A stretch of DNA of 51,929 nt, filler included, from Bipalium vagum (GCA_037834085.1; 3 parts of 3 records of this genome joined end to end with filler, not necessarily neighbours in it); one strand, 5' to 3'. Counted from the first letter of the whole stretch, positions 37,680 to 50,888 are shown. The notes: generated by a model not told the origin, from the letters alone. Program-made: numbers and translations.

Positions 37680-37900
37680 AGAACAACTACTTCGTTTTAA
37701 TCAGTAGCATGTTACCATAAACTACAACAAATTTAATTTTAAGAACATTTTAGAATTTAAAATTATTTTTAGAATTACTTATTTAAAGAAAGAACGTTAT
37801 TATTGATCGCTTAACTGTTCTATCATTGACTTTAAATCATATCACGAAACAATATAACCCGGCGAAAAAATATTATTATTTGTTCAACAGTTACCGATAT
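37680..37900 (+). repeat. Dispersed repeat, copy 1
   Basis: CAACTACT..TCAGTAGCATG, AGAAAG.ACGT.AT.ATTGA..GCTTAACTG and GCGAAAA..TTATT blocks are shared with 50420-50715. Confidence 0.7.
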
Positions 37901-38282
37901 AAAAATAAGTATACTTAATATATTTTAACTGACCAGAAAATCCTAGTAGGTTCGGTTCGCTAAAAGACTTGTGACAACAATAATAAAAAAGAAATAATAC
38001 TATTTATAATAAGAATAATAAATAATTATAACATAATGAAATGATCGAGAATAATAATAAAAGACACAAATAATAATCAATTTTTTTGTGTGGCAACCAT
38101 TACCAAGTATTAAAGTGGCAACCAGCTAATTTCAAGGATATTTTGGTAAGATTTTTGCATTACATAAATTAACATACATCAATATTAATTAAACAGTGCA
38201 GTCAATAATAATTAAATAATTTAAAATCTGAGTTATTAAAACACAAATTAAGTAAATTAGTAAATTATTAGAAATTTTACTG

Positions 38283-38684
38283 GGGGGTGAAAACACTTTT
38301 GGAGGGTACATAGACCTTGAGCACGTGTAAGTACTTTAAAAGTAAAAATATTGATGTGCTGGATTGGCCAAGAAATTTTCCAGATGTCAATCCAATCAAA
38401 AATATTTGGGGATACCTTAAGCATGCAAAAGCAACATGTTCCATGCGATTTCAAAGAACAATTGTAGAAAGCAGTTCAACAATACTGGTATTCTTTGAAT
38501 AGAAAATATTGTTAAAATCTCGTGGAATCAATGGCGATGCGAGTCAAATCTGTTCTCAATATGAAAGGGCATCCAACTACGTATTAAAATGTAATTGTGG
38601 TGAATATTTGATAAAAATATCTAGACTTACATTTGTTTTTATTTATTCTGATAGGGGGTGAGCAAACTTTTTGAGGGTACCGTA
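38283..38684 (+). mobile_element. Tc1 transposase C-terminal remnant between two right-end TIR copies
   Basis: VLDWPRNFPDVNPIKNIWG..KGHPTTY*; GGGGGTGA..ACTTTT.GAGGGTAC at ~38283 and ~38654 in direct orientation. Confidence 0.8.
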
Positions 38685-39479
38685 AAGGCACAAGTAAATG
38701 ACCGGATTGATCATTTGACTGACAAAGGCAATAATAAATGATCAATGTCAATCCATTATAACTACCCCGTAGTAAATAGAATTGTGGGATTAGTTGAAAA
38801 ATTGTTGAAGAATGACAAAAGTAAATTGATTTTTCGATGCTAGAAGACAAACGAGAAGATTGTTAATTGTTAGAAAAACAATCAAATTTATTGCAAAGAA
38901 AATTGAGATTGAAGCTTTTGAAGAAAAGGATTTGAGATTTCAATTTTTAAAAATCAGTAAGTTTATACGCATGTCAGAAGAATATGAAGTCAATCCTATA
39001 TAGCTCTGGTTCTCAAGACGACCGCAAGGTGTCTAACTGACTTCAAATTTTGATTAAGTTTCGTGCTGATGAGAACAACTTTATGTTTCTTTTTACTATT
39101 TTTTCTTGTGTTGTTAATTTATCATCAAATTTCATTTTATTATTTATTTTAGAGTTTTGTCATTTAATGCATCGATTCGATAGTTAATTATTATCTTTCT
39201 TTAAATAATTATTGATAGACATTGACATAATTTAACATTTGATCGACTAATTTCTATTTTATTTTGTCCACTGAAAACTGTGATCCTATTGTGAATTGTC
39301 AGCATCAATAAATCTTTATGTTGCTTGAACTGATTACTTTTACACCAACCAGTATTCAACGTCAGATTCAGACGTGCATTATAGTGTTAACTTAAAAGTT
39401 TAAGTAATTTTATTACATACTTACAGAGATCATTAAGTCAAGGTCAATTCATAATTGTATACATTGATTTCATTATACT

Positions 39480-40050
39480 CTTCTCACGCTGTTCTTGTAA
39501 CTTTCGTATCAAACCTGTTCGGTAATCTTTAAAATTCATCAAAACGAATGGACTCATAAACAGTTCTTCGACCAGGTATTGAGCTAGGCTTCGGTTACAT
39601 AGCTTAGTTTGCCAGTTCAATCTTATATTGCCGTAAATCATTCTTCCAATATCAATCCAATTCAAACCGAGAAAAGGTTGGCTATGACAAACAGATCAAG
39701 ACGACTACACGATCTAGGAAAAATTCAAAAGAATGGAAAATGCGTTTCTCATAATTATAGTGGAAGTACTATCTTTAATCGTTTAAGTTCAGTCACATCT
39801 GTACCTATCAGACAGAGAAGAGTTTTTGTGGCGAATTGTTACAGGTGATGCAAAATGGATTTATTTCCATAATCCAAAAAAAGAAATCACAAATTGATTC
39901 ACGACCGAAATCAACATCAACCGCAAAGAACAATAATTTCGTTATGTCATTTCGAATGAGCATTTGAAATCGAAGGCCACAGTTACGGAGGAACGACATC
40001 AACATAAACATGAATTGATTAAAACAAGCAATCGATGCGGATTCTTTCTT
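39480..40050 (+). pseudogene. mariner (DD34D) transposase remnant
   Basis: NPIQTEKRLA, SRRLHDLGKIQKNGKCVSH (WVPHEL-like), KSFLWRIVTGDAKWIYFHNPK and STSTAK. Confidence 0.88.
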
Positions 40051-40547
40051 TTGTATGACAATAGGAGACCGAATCTGTCTTCAACGGTTAAGGGTACATC
40101 TGATTGATTTTATTGTGTCGATTTATCATAAAATAAATATTAAAAGTTGTTTAAAAATTCTAAAATCAATACATACCCCAAATATTTAGAACTTAATAAA
40201 CAAGAAAATCTAAATGGACACTTTACAACACAAAATTGACAGGAAGAAATCTTTTGTAATCGGTCGAAGCTGTTTGAAGATCACCCTTTGATAACTTTCG
40301 TTCTGTGTGCATTTAGCGATTGTGAAATCGATATTGTCATAACTTGCGTGTTCTAGAAATCGATTTTTTTCTTTAATAGAAGCATCAAGTATGGCAGCAA
40401 GCCTGTGCAAGGAAGCGACAGAGTCTCAGTTTACAGAAACGGGTTGTTATCATGATGAAAGTTCACGGTTGAATGATTTATTTAGTATCAAATATCGCTT
40501 TGAAATTGTATATAAATATGACATGTCATTCCGGTCATTCTTCAGCC

Positions 40548-40973
40548 ATGTTTCGAACACGAGAAACTTGTTTTATTACGATATCAATTGTAACATTCTT
40601 CAACATTTTCCTGATAGATTCATCATGGTGTCCTCCACTTCATTCCAAGGAATCCGTGTTTAAACTCACATCCAAGCTTGATCGACAATACATTATCAAC
40701 ATGTCAGCGTTGAATGATTCTTGCGGTATGATCATTGAACCGATTCCGATCACGTCGCCCAAGACGTTGCTGTGCAGTTATAGATTGTCTGCGAACATCA
40801 ACCAGTGCCGAGAACCTCCGCTGATCATTGAGGCAATTTGCGAAGAGAATCTGAAATGTAAACAAGCTTTCGTAACGATGTCGATTGAGGTGCAGCAGTG
40901 TGCGCACTCAGACTACCTGGCAATTCAGGATCAAGTCGTCTACCAGAGAAAATGTGGTTGCGAACTTGTTTAA
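40548..40973 (+). CDS. Secreted cystine-knot protein, IL-17-like (141 aa, intronless)
   Basis: TATAAAT at 40511, GCCATG start, hydrophobic signal peptide (CFITISIVTFFNIFLIDS), then CSYRL..REPPLIIEAIC..C..V..CGC, resembling the IL-17 RxPxxIxEAxC...CxC pattern. Confidence 0.62.
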   Translation: MFRTRETCFITISIVTFFNIFLIDSSWCPPLHSKESVFKLTSKLDRQYIINMSALNDSCGMIIEPIPITSPKTLLCSYRLSANINQCREPPLIIEAICEENLKCKQAFVTMSIEVQQCAHSDYLAIQDQVVYQRKCGCELV

Positions 40974-42191
40974 AATTTATGTGCTAATCTATAATATTTC
41001 TTTTCGGATTTGAATTACGCGTGTTTTTATTTACACAAATGAAGGGCAAACCTTTAGAACTGCATTTGTATTTCAGATATGAGTCTGGACATTTGACTCC
41101 AGTTTTTCTATTAACATTAAACTGGTGATACAAGTAGAACCCAAGTCCCCAGGTATGAATTTGGTGTCATAGAATTTCGAATAGTTATTTTTATTGTTTA
41201 TTAAAGTCTTCAGGATGGAGATGGGATTTAAATCATTGTTGTTTTAAATACAGTTCTGAGTATTAAATGAAAAAGATGGAAAACAAGAAATACTTAAGGA
41301 AATATTGAATTACCTAAGTGATTTGAAGAACCTTCTTTGAAGAAATGTAACGATGCTTTTCGGTCTCGACAAGTCGGAATATTGTAAATTCCAGTGAAGT
41401 GTTCGAAAAAAAGTCAAAGTATATTGAGTTACGAAACAGAAAGAACTAATGATTTTTGTCATTCACCTTAACTTTATATCTCTATTAAAAATTAAGGGAA
41501 AAAATCAATACAAGATCATAAGGACGAGGCACCATACTGAACCGCCTTTGATTGTATTGTGACATCAAAGGAACCCCATGACACCTTGTCAATTAATAAC
41601 AGTATACCCTTCACCATTCTTAAGACTATTCTCTCTTAAGCCCGAATTAAATATCTCAGGTCTGAATTTTCAATTTCGTTATCATAAAATATTTGTATTA
41701 ACAATCCGTTTTCAAAGCAAAATAGATTAAATAGGGATAAACCAAACACTAACAGATATTATTATTATAAATTCCAATCAATTTTTAATCCTTGATTTTT
41801 AAAGTAGTTTTTTAGAAAGGCTGACCAGCAACTTAAAATGAGTTCACAAATTTAGCAAAATTTAATACACAAGATTTCAAAAATATAAACTTAAAATTTC
41901 ACGAATCTTTAAGTTACATTTTCTTATCGAGAACCTATTTCGTGATAAAATGAAAATCCAAATAGTTTGAATTAAATATCGAGGATTAGGAATGGTTCAA
42001 AAATTATAATAATTAAAGGTCACTTTGTTTGATTAATATTCAAACTTTCTATTGGACAATTTCAAGGTCAACAAAAACTTCATGATTTGGTGACACTAAT
42101 GGATAAATTTCTCAGAGCACTTAAATATTTTCTCCCTGATGCTAATAATCTCTAAAATTCGCGTGTCACACATACAAGCCTAAAATTGTCA

Positions 42192-42951
42192 TCAACACGA
42201 CATTTTTAAACCAATAAAATCATTTGGCAACAAAATAGACAAGATCTGCTGGGTGAAAATCGCCGTCAACCCCCAGATCCGGGGGTAGTCTCCTTGGAAG
42301 CCACCGAAAACCGGTATTCGGTAAAAGAGGTTGTGATCGTTGATTTTGTAACGAAAGACGGTATATCCCAAATTGTGAGGTTGACATAGAAACTCAATGC
42401 TTCTGACAAACGAGGTGAGGACTTCTTTTCTGTCTTCAGATAGGTTATCGAGCTCTAGGTGACCAATATAGGCTACGACCGGGGTGATTACAGTGCTCAA
42501 GTTCTGAAATTGTGTCCATCAGTCAGACGTTACGATCAATGTCTTTTCAGTACTTGGGACACGGATTGGCCAAACGAACCCCACACGTCACCGGGAGAGA
42601 TATCTAAGCCGATCTCCTCCCGAGTTTCTCTCAGGGCCGTTTCAATCACTGAATTGTCAGTTTCGCTTTTTAGCCCACCTGGAAAACTGAAAATTTTAGC
42701 GGATTTTAAATTAATTATCAAAGATATATATACCACACATGCCCCCGGTGACTTGGGACACTCATTGATCGCTGACAAAACAATATCGATGGTTTATTAT
42801 TGTATAAGCAAAGAGGGATCAATACGGCTGCCTGTTTTAAGTTTTGATCGAGTTTTGGTAAATATTTCGGTTCATCTTTGAAAATCTTCTGGGCGCTCAA
42901 TTTGTTCTCAGCGGAAAATATTCGACTGATTGACCTGGTCAAGTTTGACAT
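42192..42951 (-). CDS. NUDT8: Nudix hydrolase, NUDT8/NUDT7-like CoA diphosphatase, 3 exons
   Basis: AAVLIPLC..RS..SHRGHV/FPGG..ETALRETREEIG (Nudix box), ITPVVAYIG and RIWGLTA; two ~50-bp GT-AG introns. Confidence 0.9.
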
Positions 42952-44274
42952 TTCAAAATCGCTCCAAAAATGACTTCGTTTAAACAAATTATTAATAAAT
43001 AAATTGTTAGTACAAATTTTTATTGAAGGTTTGTTGAATAAATATTTTTACTAATAAATATTCTCCTTTTTTGTTATTTATTTTAATTAATTTTTTTTAA
43101 AAAATAACTTTACATTAATTATTGAAATACTTCAAGGAAATGTCTTGATTTTTATCCAATTTCCTGAATATTAAATATTTTAGTTAGAATGTACTAGGAA
43201 AATAGTTTTGTAATTGCATTATAAAGTCAAAGTATCAATCTTTTTTTATATTAATTGTATTGAGGTATTAATTTCTTAAAAACTGAAAATTGATCTGAGC
43301 ATCATAGCAAATTTTTTATTTGTATAAGTTTATTAATTGACTGTTCAAAATGTTATTATTATACCCTATCGAAATAACTCTCGCTCGTAATAAATGATTC
43401 CTCGCTTAACAATGTTGTGCTCGTCGTCTTATTGTAGCCGCACAAAGTTAAACTCAATCTGAATCAAAACTCTCACAATAATACTTTATATGCACCCTAA
43501 TTGAATCAAAGACAAAAATTCTAAAAATCAAATAATTTTGTTCTTCCGTCCAAAAATTAAAAAAAACCTCAAAAAGATCGTAAATAATAATAATTTTCAG
43601 TAATCTCTATTATGCTTAACTTTAGCCTTAACTCTAGTTCACCTCTATTTTATTCAACTTTACTACTTCTCAATTCAGCCATAATTCTGAACTTTACTTT
43701 TCTAATTAGTGCTTTTTCTAGTTCTGTTTAGACAACTGTATGGGTTCGCAGAGCTCCTGAGATTCGCCAATCCTGATGTACAAATGAATGTATTTTTTTT
43801 AATTCAACATCATTCAATTCATTCATGATAACTTGCAATGCTAAATTAAAAGTCCTACAACTCCTCCTTTTGATCAGTCAACATAAAGTCACTATACATT
43901 ACTCATTTCCCCTTCATTTCCATTTTACCATCATCCAATGAAGCATCAGGAGCTAAACAGAGAACCATAATTGAATAGGTTATTTGGAAGCAAAAAGGAA
44001 AATTATTTCCCTTTTTTGTCTCTCTAGCAAAGTGGAAGTTAATTGAAAAAGCCCTATTCCAAGCTTTTTTAGTAAAATTACTAATTGAAGTTTCATTTTT
44101 TATTTATATTTATAATTATTATAATGATTATCTAGTATCATTCTTATTAGTCGACTATAATGACAGAAAATAAGTAACACTGGGGATTATTGATATTTGA
44201 ATAAATATTAAAAAAATGGATTTTGTTTTAATATATTATTAAAATTTCCCTAAATGACAGATCAAAATTATATA

Positions 44275-44830
44275 AATGAATTCATTCGTGCTGTTAGTGG
44301 TTTCCTTCATTTAACAGCTCTGAAATCTTGGATCAATTCAAATTTTGTAAGCGGTGGATAGATTATTTGCTTCAACCTCTCCAAGAAAAAGATGTTATTG
44401 GTACATGATAGTGCAAGAAGTCACATTTCGAATGAAATGAAGAAACATTTGCAAAAAAGAAAAAATTGTTAAATTAGGTAGACTAACTGAAATATTTGAA
44501 TCTGAAGGTATATTATGGTTTAAATCAATTAAAGATGTGTTTAGAAACATTGAAGTGCAATGATTCCAATCAGATATTTGTAAATGTGTTTGGATCTATA
44601 GAAAAAAAAGGTCTTAGCACCCATCAATTCAAATCCAAAGTCCACAAAGGAGCTGGAGCCGCTACAGCCAGAAGAAGAGCTTATGGAGGATGATTCTCCA
44701 AAGATCATAATTGACACTTAAATAACATTTTAATTGTGAAAATTTGCATGAAAAAGCCTTGTTAGGCTTACTTTCTCTTATATTATGATTCTTTTTAAAT
44801 ATTAATACGTGGGGGGTTATATTTAGTAAG
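44275..44830 (+). pseudogene. pogo/Tigger-like DDE transposase remnant
   Basis: SWINS..RWIDYL..MLLVHDSARSHISNEMKKHL; a TIR-like GGGGGTTATAT near 44811. Confidence 0.6.
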
Positions 44831-46061
44831 TTCTATAATATAAGAACTTTCTTAAAATAGCAAAAACCCATATATTACTCTATTAACGGAAAGTTTTATT
44901 TTCCACCAATCAAGAGATCAGGAATGTGAAAATCAGGAGTATATAAGGTCTAGGTTTTTTCATTCAATTCGCAATTAACTTTGCATCAGACAAGTTAAGC
45001 TGGTAATAATAAAAGGTAATAAATACGCTTCGGCTATTTAAAAAGTATTTCGACCTCTTTTGAGAAAATTCTAAATAATTAAATAATCATTAATGTATTC
45101 AGAGAAAATACTCTGCAATACGTTCTTTTTAATATATTCTCTCGTTCCTGTTTTTTGTTATCTTGGCAATTTGATTCAGCTTTGCTCTAGGCGACAGAAT
45201 GCGTATTTTAAACATCAGGGCTTCTTCGGTTATCATAAAACCAAGAAGACTCAATTAATTAATATTATAATTGTGGTAAGAGTTGTATTTGTTTTATAAA
45301 CTATATTTTTGTAACAAAAATCGTGTTATCTCAGTTGATTTAATTAAACTTAGTTCATATCTTAGAACACTCATTTGTTACACTACCTTTGACGTAGTTG
45401 GTGAGCTCATTTCTAACCTATATTAATAGTGTTAGCATTTTTATATTTTCGAGATTAGATCTCACCGTAAGCGTCGAACCAAACACCTACAAATGTACAA
45501 GGACAACGGAAATCAAGCGCTGTCAGAAAAACTTGTTTCTCAATATTTAATGGAATTTATTCAATGAAAATCAAATCAAAAACCGTTTTCAGAAGATACT
45601 TGTTACTATCGACTATAGCCCAGCTCAATCAAATCAATGAAAATGTATAACAACATCATTTGCATTTTCTTTTAATTCTGAAAAAAATCGATCTCTTGGA
45701 AAATTAAAAATAATCTCATAGGATAATAAGTTACTTTTCTACTCCATATCAAGCCATGCCAGAATCACAGAACTTGTGATCATTTTGACATTGATGGACA
45801 TCTTTGACAAAAGATTCCATATCACTCACAGAAATAATATAAATGTCTTGTGAATTGGTATCTGTTCTGGTAGTGCCTATAGTGCCTCTACAGCGAACAA
45901 GGTGAGAGTTGTTGATCCTTCAGATTTTCGATCATGAACATTTAAAATATGTTGATTAAATTTACTTAAATTTTTATTCGTCGATGACGACTTTTAAAAT
46001 TTAAAGTACCGCAACGTAACATCAAATTAAAAAAGAGATCGGATTATGCAACAACATATTG

Positions 46062-46422
<361 letters not shown>

Positions 46423-46859
46423 ATGAATGTTTAATAAAATTTATTTATCTTGAAGCACCTTTGTTTTAATAGTCCATTTAAATTAAAAGTGATTTCAAAT
46501 TTTAAAGTTTGAAATGTACGAAGTAAATTTACTCTTTTATATCGGATTAGGGTTAGTGTTACGTTAGGTTAGAAATATTTAATTACAAATTATTGTTTGA
46601 AATTCTAAAAGATATTGTTACAATTAAGGTTAAGGTTTGATTTACTTTTTTTAAAAAGAGTAGATTTTACAAAATCTTATTTTATGTATTGTTTAGATAT
46701 ATTATTTTATTATGAAACTATGGTTACCATGTTAAACTTGAATTTTTTAAAGTTTTTCTGATTTTTGTTTGTTAATAACTTTTTAGATATTGACAGATTC
46801 TTAAGAAGAATTTTATTCTCTTTAAGATTATATATTGATGATAATATATAATATAAAAA

Positions 46860-47500
46860 TCCCGGAACAAGTGTTCAATTGCAAAATACGGTAACGATAT
46901 AATGTTAAGACATGAAAAGTATTCGAAATGATACGCCAAAAATCACCTATGTTGAATGAAACGATTGCTTTTATAAAAAGAAATCTGTGAATAAAGTTAT
47001 GTTTACATGGATTTTAAAACAGGCAATAGCAAAGTTTCCAATTATAGCTAAATGGCGGACCTGATTAATCTTTGGACAATTTTTTTTGATAATTTTATTG
47101 GTATTATGGAATTCATTTCCAGCTTACCGAAACGCTTATAGTGTTGATGATAAAGTGGGAGCATTAGACAAAATTTCATATGAAAATGAAATAAGATGTG
47201 CAGGTAATAGCTGGTTTTTGGTAAAATCTGTAGAGAAACCTAAAAATTAGTCGAAAACTTTTGGAAATAGAACCTCATATAACCAGATTTGATACAATAT
47301 TGAACAGAAATCCAGATATAAACTTTTTTTGAATTTCTATGTTTTAAAGTGTTAAAGATAAATGTTTGTCCTATGTTACACTAACATCTGTAGATTTTGA
47401 AAGAAGCCTCAGTAAAAGTAAACAAATACTAACGGACCAGAGACAAAGCCTATTAACAGAAAATGTGGAACAACATTTATCCATTTATTTCAACAAATAA
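46860..47500 (+). pseudogene. hAT-family transposase remnant
   Basis: C-terminal dimerisation-like motif TSVDFERSLSKSKQILTDQRQSLLTENVEQHL*; the upstream part is heavily decayed. Confidence 0.65.
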
Positions 47501-48473
47501 AGATTTTCTTTGGTATTATGTTTTTGTGGTTGTGAGTTTATATAATACGCATCTCTTTTAACAAATCATTATCCTGCTTAAAAAGGACAATCGAAAACCT
47601 GGTGAGAGTGGCATTTTTAAAAAATTATGAGAAGACTGTGAATTAACTAAATAGGTACACCAGAAAACTTAACGTTTTCTTTATACAGTTTACTCATTTA
47701 ATATTTTTTTGGTTTCTTATTTTTTGGATCGAAGCACTCTCAGAGAACTTAAATCACATATTAGTACATAATATAAATGACAGGTTAAATGAAAATTGTA
47801 ATTTACTTTGTGCAGCGAGATATTCAGGGTAACTGAAGGTAAGATATCACAGGAAAATGGCACAAACAGCACCTGATATTCCCACACAAAAATTACAAAA
47901 GCAGATATATTGGATTTTACTGTTAATATTGACAACGAAAAACTGTCTTTTGCGGTTAGAATTGAGGTATGCAACTCTATTCCTATTCTCTTCAACGAAA
48001 TGGTGTACAGATTGTTAGTCGAACAGATTTTTGTAAATTTGTCAATTAATAAAGGACCAAATTTCCGGGTTTGTCAGTGTTTCCATTTGACTTAAGATGA
48101 CGATATATATTGTCACTGCGTCCAAGCATGTTAACGTCTGACAATTAATAACGATAATTAAATAATCAATATGAATGATTAAAACATGATGAATTGATTT
48201 CATTGATTTTATTAGATGCTTATATTTTTCGTATTTATATACTTTAATGAAAAACGACAAATAAATAAAAAATTATATGGCTTAATTATGTGATTTCAGT
48301 TGACCCAGCGAAGAGCTTGGCTACCACGCCAATCCCAATTTTGACATTTAGTTCATAAAAAATACTTTCTTTGTAAAACGGAAAGAACAATTACTATTCC
48401 GTATCTTTTTTATTATGTAATAAAATTTAAATGGTATTTAAAAACTATTTTAAAATAAATAATTACAAATAAC

Positions 48474-49655
48474 ATGTCTTTACATTTGCTAAAGAAAGAA
48501 TTCAGAAAAGCTAATCAATTCCTTTCAGAAACCTTAGGGTCTACTAAGCCCACAGATCTCGGTAAAGATTTTATTCTTGTTGAAGACCAATTCAATGCCT
48601 ATCATCACCTTTACAAATCCATGTCAAAAAACTGCAAATACATAATGCATCCTGACAGTTCAAATATGATATTCTTGAACACTGCCAAAAAGTTTAAAGG
48701 TGAGAAGGATCAGCTGGATTATTGTCACCCAGAAAAACTGATTTCAGAAAGCTGTTTGAAATACGGCAAGACATTAGAGGAATATCCCTTAGGTTCTGTT
48801 TTGACAGACATTGGGAAGTGTTATCATGAAATGTTGGATCATCAGGTCGAGAAGGATGTGATGCTGAAGAAAGACTTCATTGATGCATTGAGAAAGGTTC
48901 GGTTAAATGAAATAAAAGCCATCTTAAAAAAACGGAAGAAGATGGAAAGCTACAGGTTGGTGTATGATGGTTACAAACGGCAGTGCCTCTCAAATCCGAA
49001 ACTGTCCGACGCTAATATGATGAAAGCAAAGAAGAAGTTTTCGGATATGAAGAGTACCGTTTACCAAAATATGTTGAGCTTTTTATTCTCTGAAGAGTCT
49101 ATATTACATGCCTTCTCAAGGTTTGCAGAGATACAAATAAGTTTCCACAAAAGATGTTATGAGATCAATAAAACGATGTCTGCAAATATCAAGCAAAAGA
49201 AAGAGGAATCGTCAGAAAATCAACAGAATACTGACACTGATCTTTCCAATTCTGAACGCAATGATCCAAATTCAGATACTGATTGGCCTCATTCTGAATA
49301 TAATGAATTCAATTCGGAGAGTGGTCGATCTCGTTCTGAATATAATGAATCCAATTCGGATAGTGATCATCCCCGTTCAGAATATGATGAGTCCACGTCC
49401 TCCAGTTCTAGCTCATATAACAACAGTAGAAGTTCCACAGAATGCTTATCAGAACAAGATGAGAGATCAAAAATACCAGTCGGTGCCAAGTGCTGTAAAG
49501 TACTGTATGACTATTATGGAAGTGATGAAGAAGACCTGAAAGTACCAGCTGGTAGTATTATTGAATTTTTATCAGAACAAAACGAAGACTGGTATGTTGG
49601 CAAGTATAATGAGGCAATTGGATTGATACCACAAAAGTTTGTGAAATTTTGTTAA
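48474..49655 (+). CDS. Endophilin-A-like N-BAR + SH3 protein, intronless (393 aa)
   Basis: MSLHLLKKEFRKANQFLSETLG matches the endophilin H0 helix; KKRKKMESYRLVYD is a BAR motif; C-terminal SH3 CKVLYDY..EEDL..DWYVG..GLIPQKFV. Confidence 0.9.
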   Translation: MSLHLLKKEFRKANQFLSETLGSTKPTDLGKDFILVEDQFNAYHHLYKSMSKNCKYIMHPDSSNMIFLNTAKKFKGEKDQLDYCHPEKLISESCLKYGKTLEEYPLGSVLTDIGKCYHEMLDHQVEKDVMLKKDFIDALRKVRLNEIKAILKKRKKMESYRLVYDGYKRQCLSNPKLSDANMMKAKKKFSDMKSTVYQNMLSFLFSEESILHAFSRFAEIQISFHKRCYEINKTMSANIKQKKEESSENQQNTDTDLSNSERNDPNSDTDWPHSEYNEFNSESGRSRSEYNESNSDSDHPRSEYDESTSSSSSSYNNSRSSTECLSEQDERSKIPVGAKCCKVLYDYYGSDEEDLKVPAGSIIEFLSEQNEDWYVGKYNEAIGLIPQKFVKFC

Positions 49656-50419
49656 TTTAATAAGCTATGACATTGACAACATATCTTCAACCATCTTTGT
49701 GGTATCCTATATTTTTCATTTTTTTAAAAATAAATGGTATAAAACGAATCTTAATGTTACTTTGATGTATTTTTGTGTTAATGAATTTTGCTTAGGGTAG
49801 GTAAACTCACTTTTCACAAATTCAATACAACGAATCCAATTAATATTTGAATTAACTGGAGCACTAGGTAGCGCTATAATGAGTTATATTTATTTTGACA
49901 ATAATCAATTGATATAATTTGACGGTGTTGTTAATAACCTTAGGTTGCTTCTAAAATTTATTTTTATTTTATTTAAATGAAAGGATGTATACCTTAACGA
50001 CTAATGATGGTCTAGTTAAGTCCTCAGAAAAACTACAAATCTCCACAAAAATTGTTAAAATTCTGGGTTCAGATCAAAATAGAAATTTAAATAATCCTCC
50101 AGGGGAAGAAGAAGGAATTCCTTGGGTATTTACTTAATGTAATTATTACAACCCATGTCCTTGAAAATCAAGATTTACGAAAAATGAAATAATTATTTAA
50201 AGTTATTATTATCTCCCAGTAAATCTCTACAATTCATGGAGAGAAAGATAAATATTTTAATAATAATCAAAACTCCCAGGTAAATAATAAAAATATGTTG
50301 AAAAATAAAATTTAATTAATAAGCTGGCAAATTTAAATTATGCGTTTAATTATTAATTTAAATTAAAATTTTTAAAATTAATTAAATAAAATTTGAAAAA
50401 AATTTTAAAATTATTTTAG

Positions 50420-50715
50420 GAGTACCTACTAATTTTTGATCAGTAGCATGTTAACCTAAAATTATTAAATTATAATAAATTTTGAATAAAATAAATTTTA
50501 AATAGTATCAACTACTGATTTTTAGTCAGTAGCATGATTTTATAATATAATTTTCAATTTTTAGAAATTTATTTTATTTTTACTAATAAATATATATAGA
50601 AAGTACGTCATGATTGACAGCTTAACTGGTCAACCAGAGACGCAAAAATGAACAGTAAAATAGTATTTAAGCCAGCGAAAATTCATTATTTTTCACCCAG
50701 AAAATTGCCATAAGG
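50420..50715 (+). repeat. Dispersed repeat, copy 2
   Basis: Two CTACT...TCAGTAGCATG units plus downstream blocks homologous to 37680-37900. Confidence 0.7.
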
Positions 50716-50799
50716 TAATGTTTTATCTTGGTAATTTTTTCTTTCTAACCAGGGTTTTCCATGGCACAGGTTTTTCATTAAGGCTTGGTGTTTGTGTTG

Positions 50800-50888
50800 A
50801 GACTGCCTGTGCAGTTTGGTGATTTAGTTTGATTGCCGATTGTTGCAGTTTGTTTGAGAATGAATGCCTGTTGCAGTTTGTTTGTGTA
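50800..50888. repeat. Three imperfect copies of TG(T)TGCAGTTTG
   Basis: TGCCTGTGCAGTTTGG, TGTTGCAGTTTGTTTG and TGCCTGTTGCAGTTTGTTTG. Confidence 0.6.

Noticed and set aside
39444-40011. Minus-strand ORFs 39444-39665 and 39808-40011 as a spliced gene
   Set aside because: They are antisense shadows of the plus-strand mariner transposase remnant.
46546-46572. TTAGGGTTAG..TTAGGTTAG telomere-like motifs
   Set aside because: Only a few imperfect units; such motifs are common in DNA-transposon subterminal regions, and a hAT relic follows.
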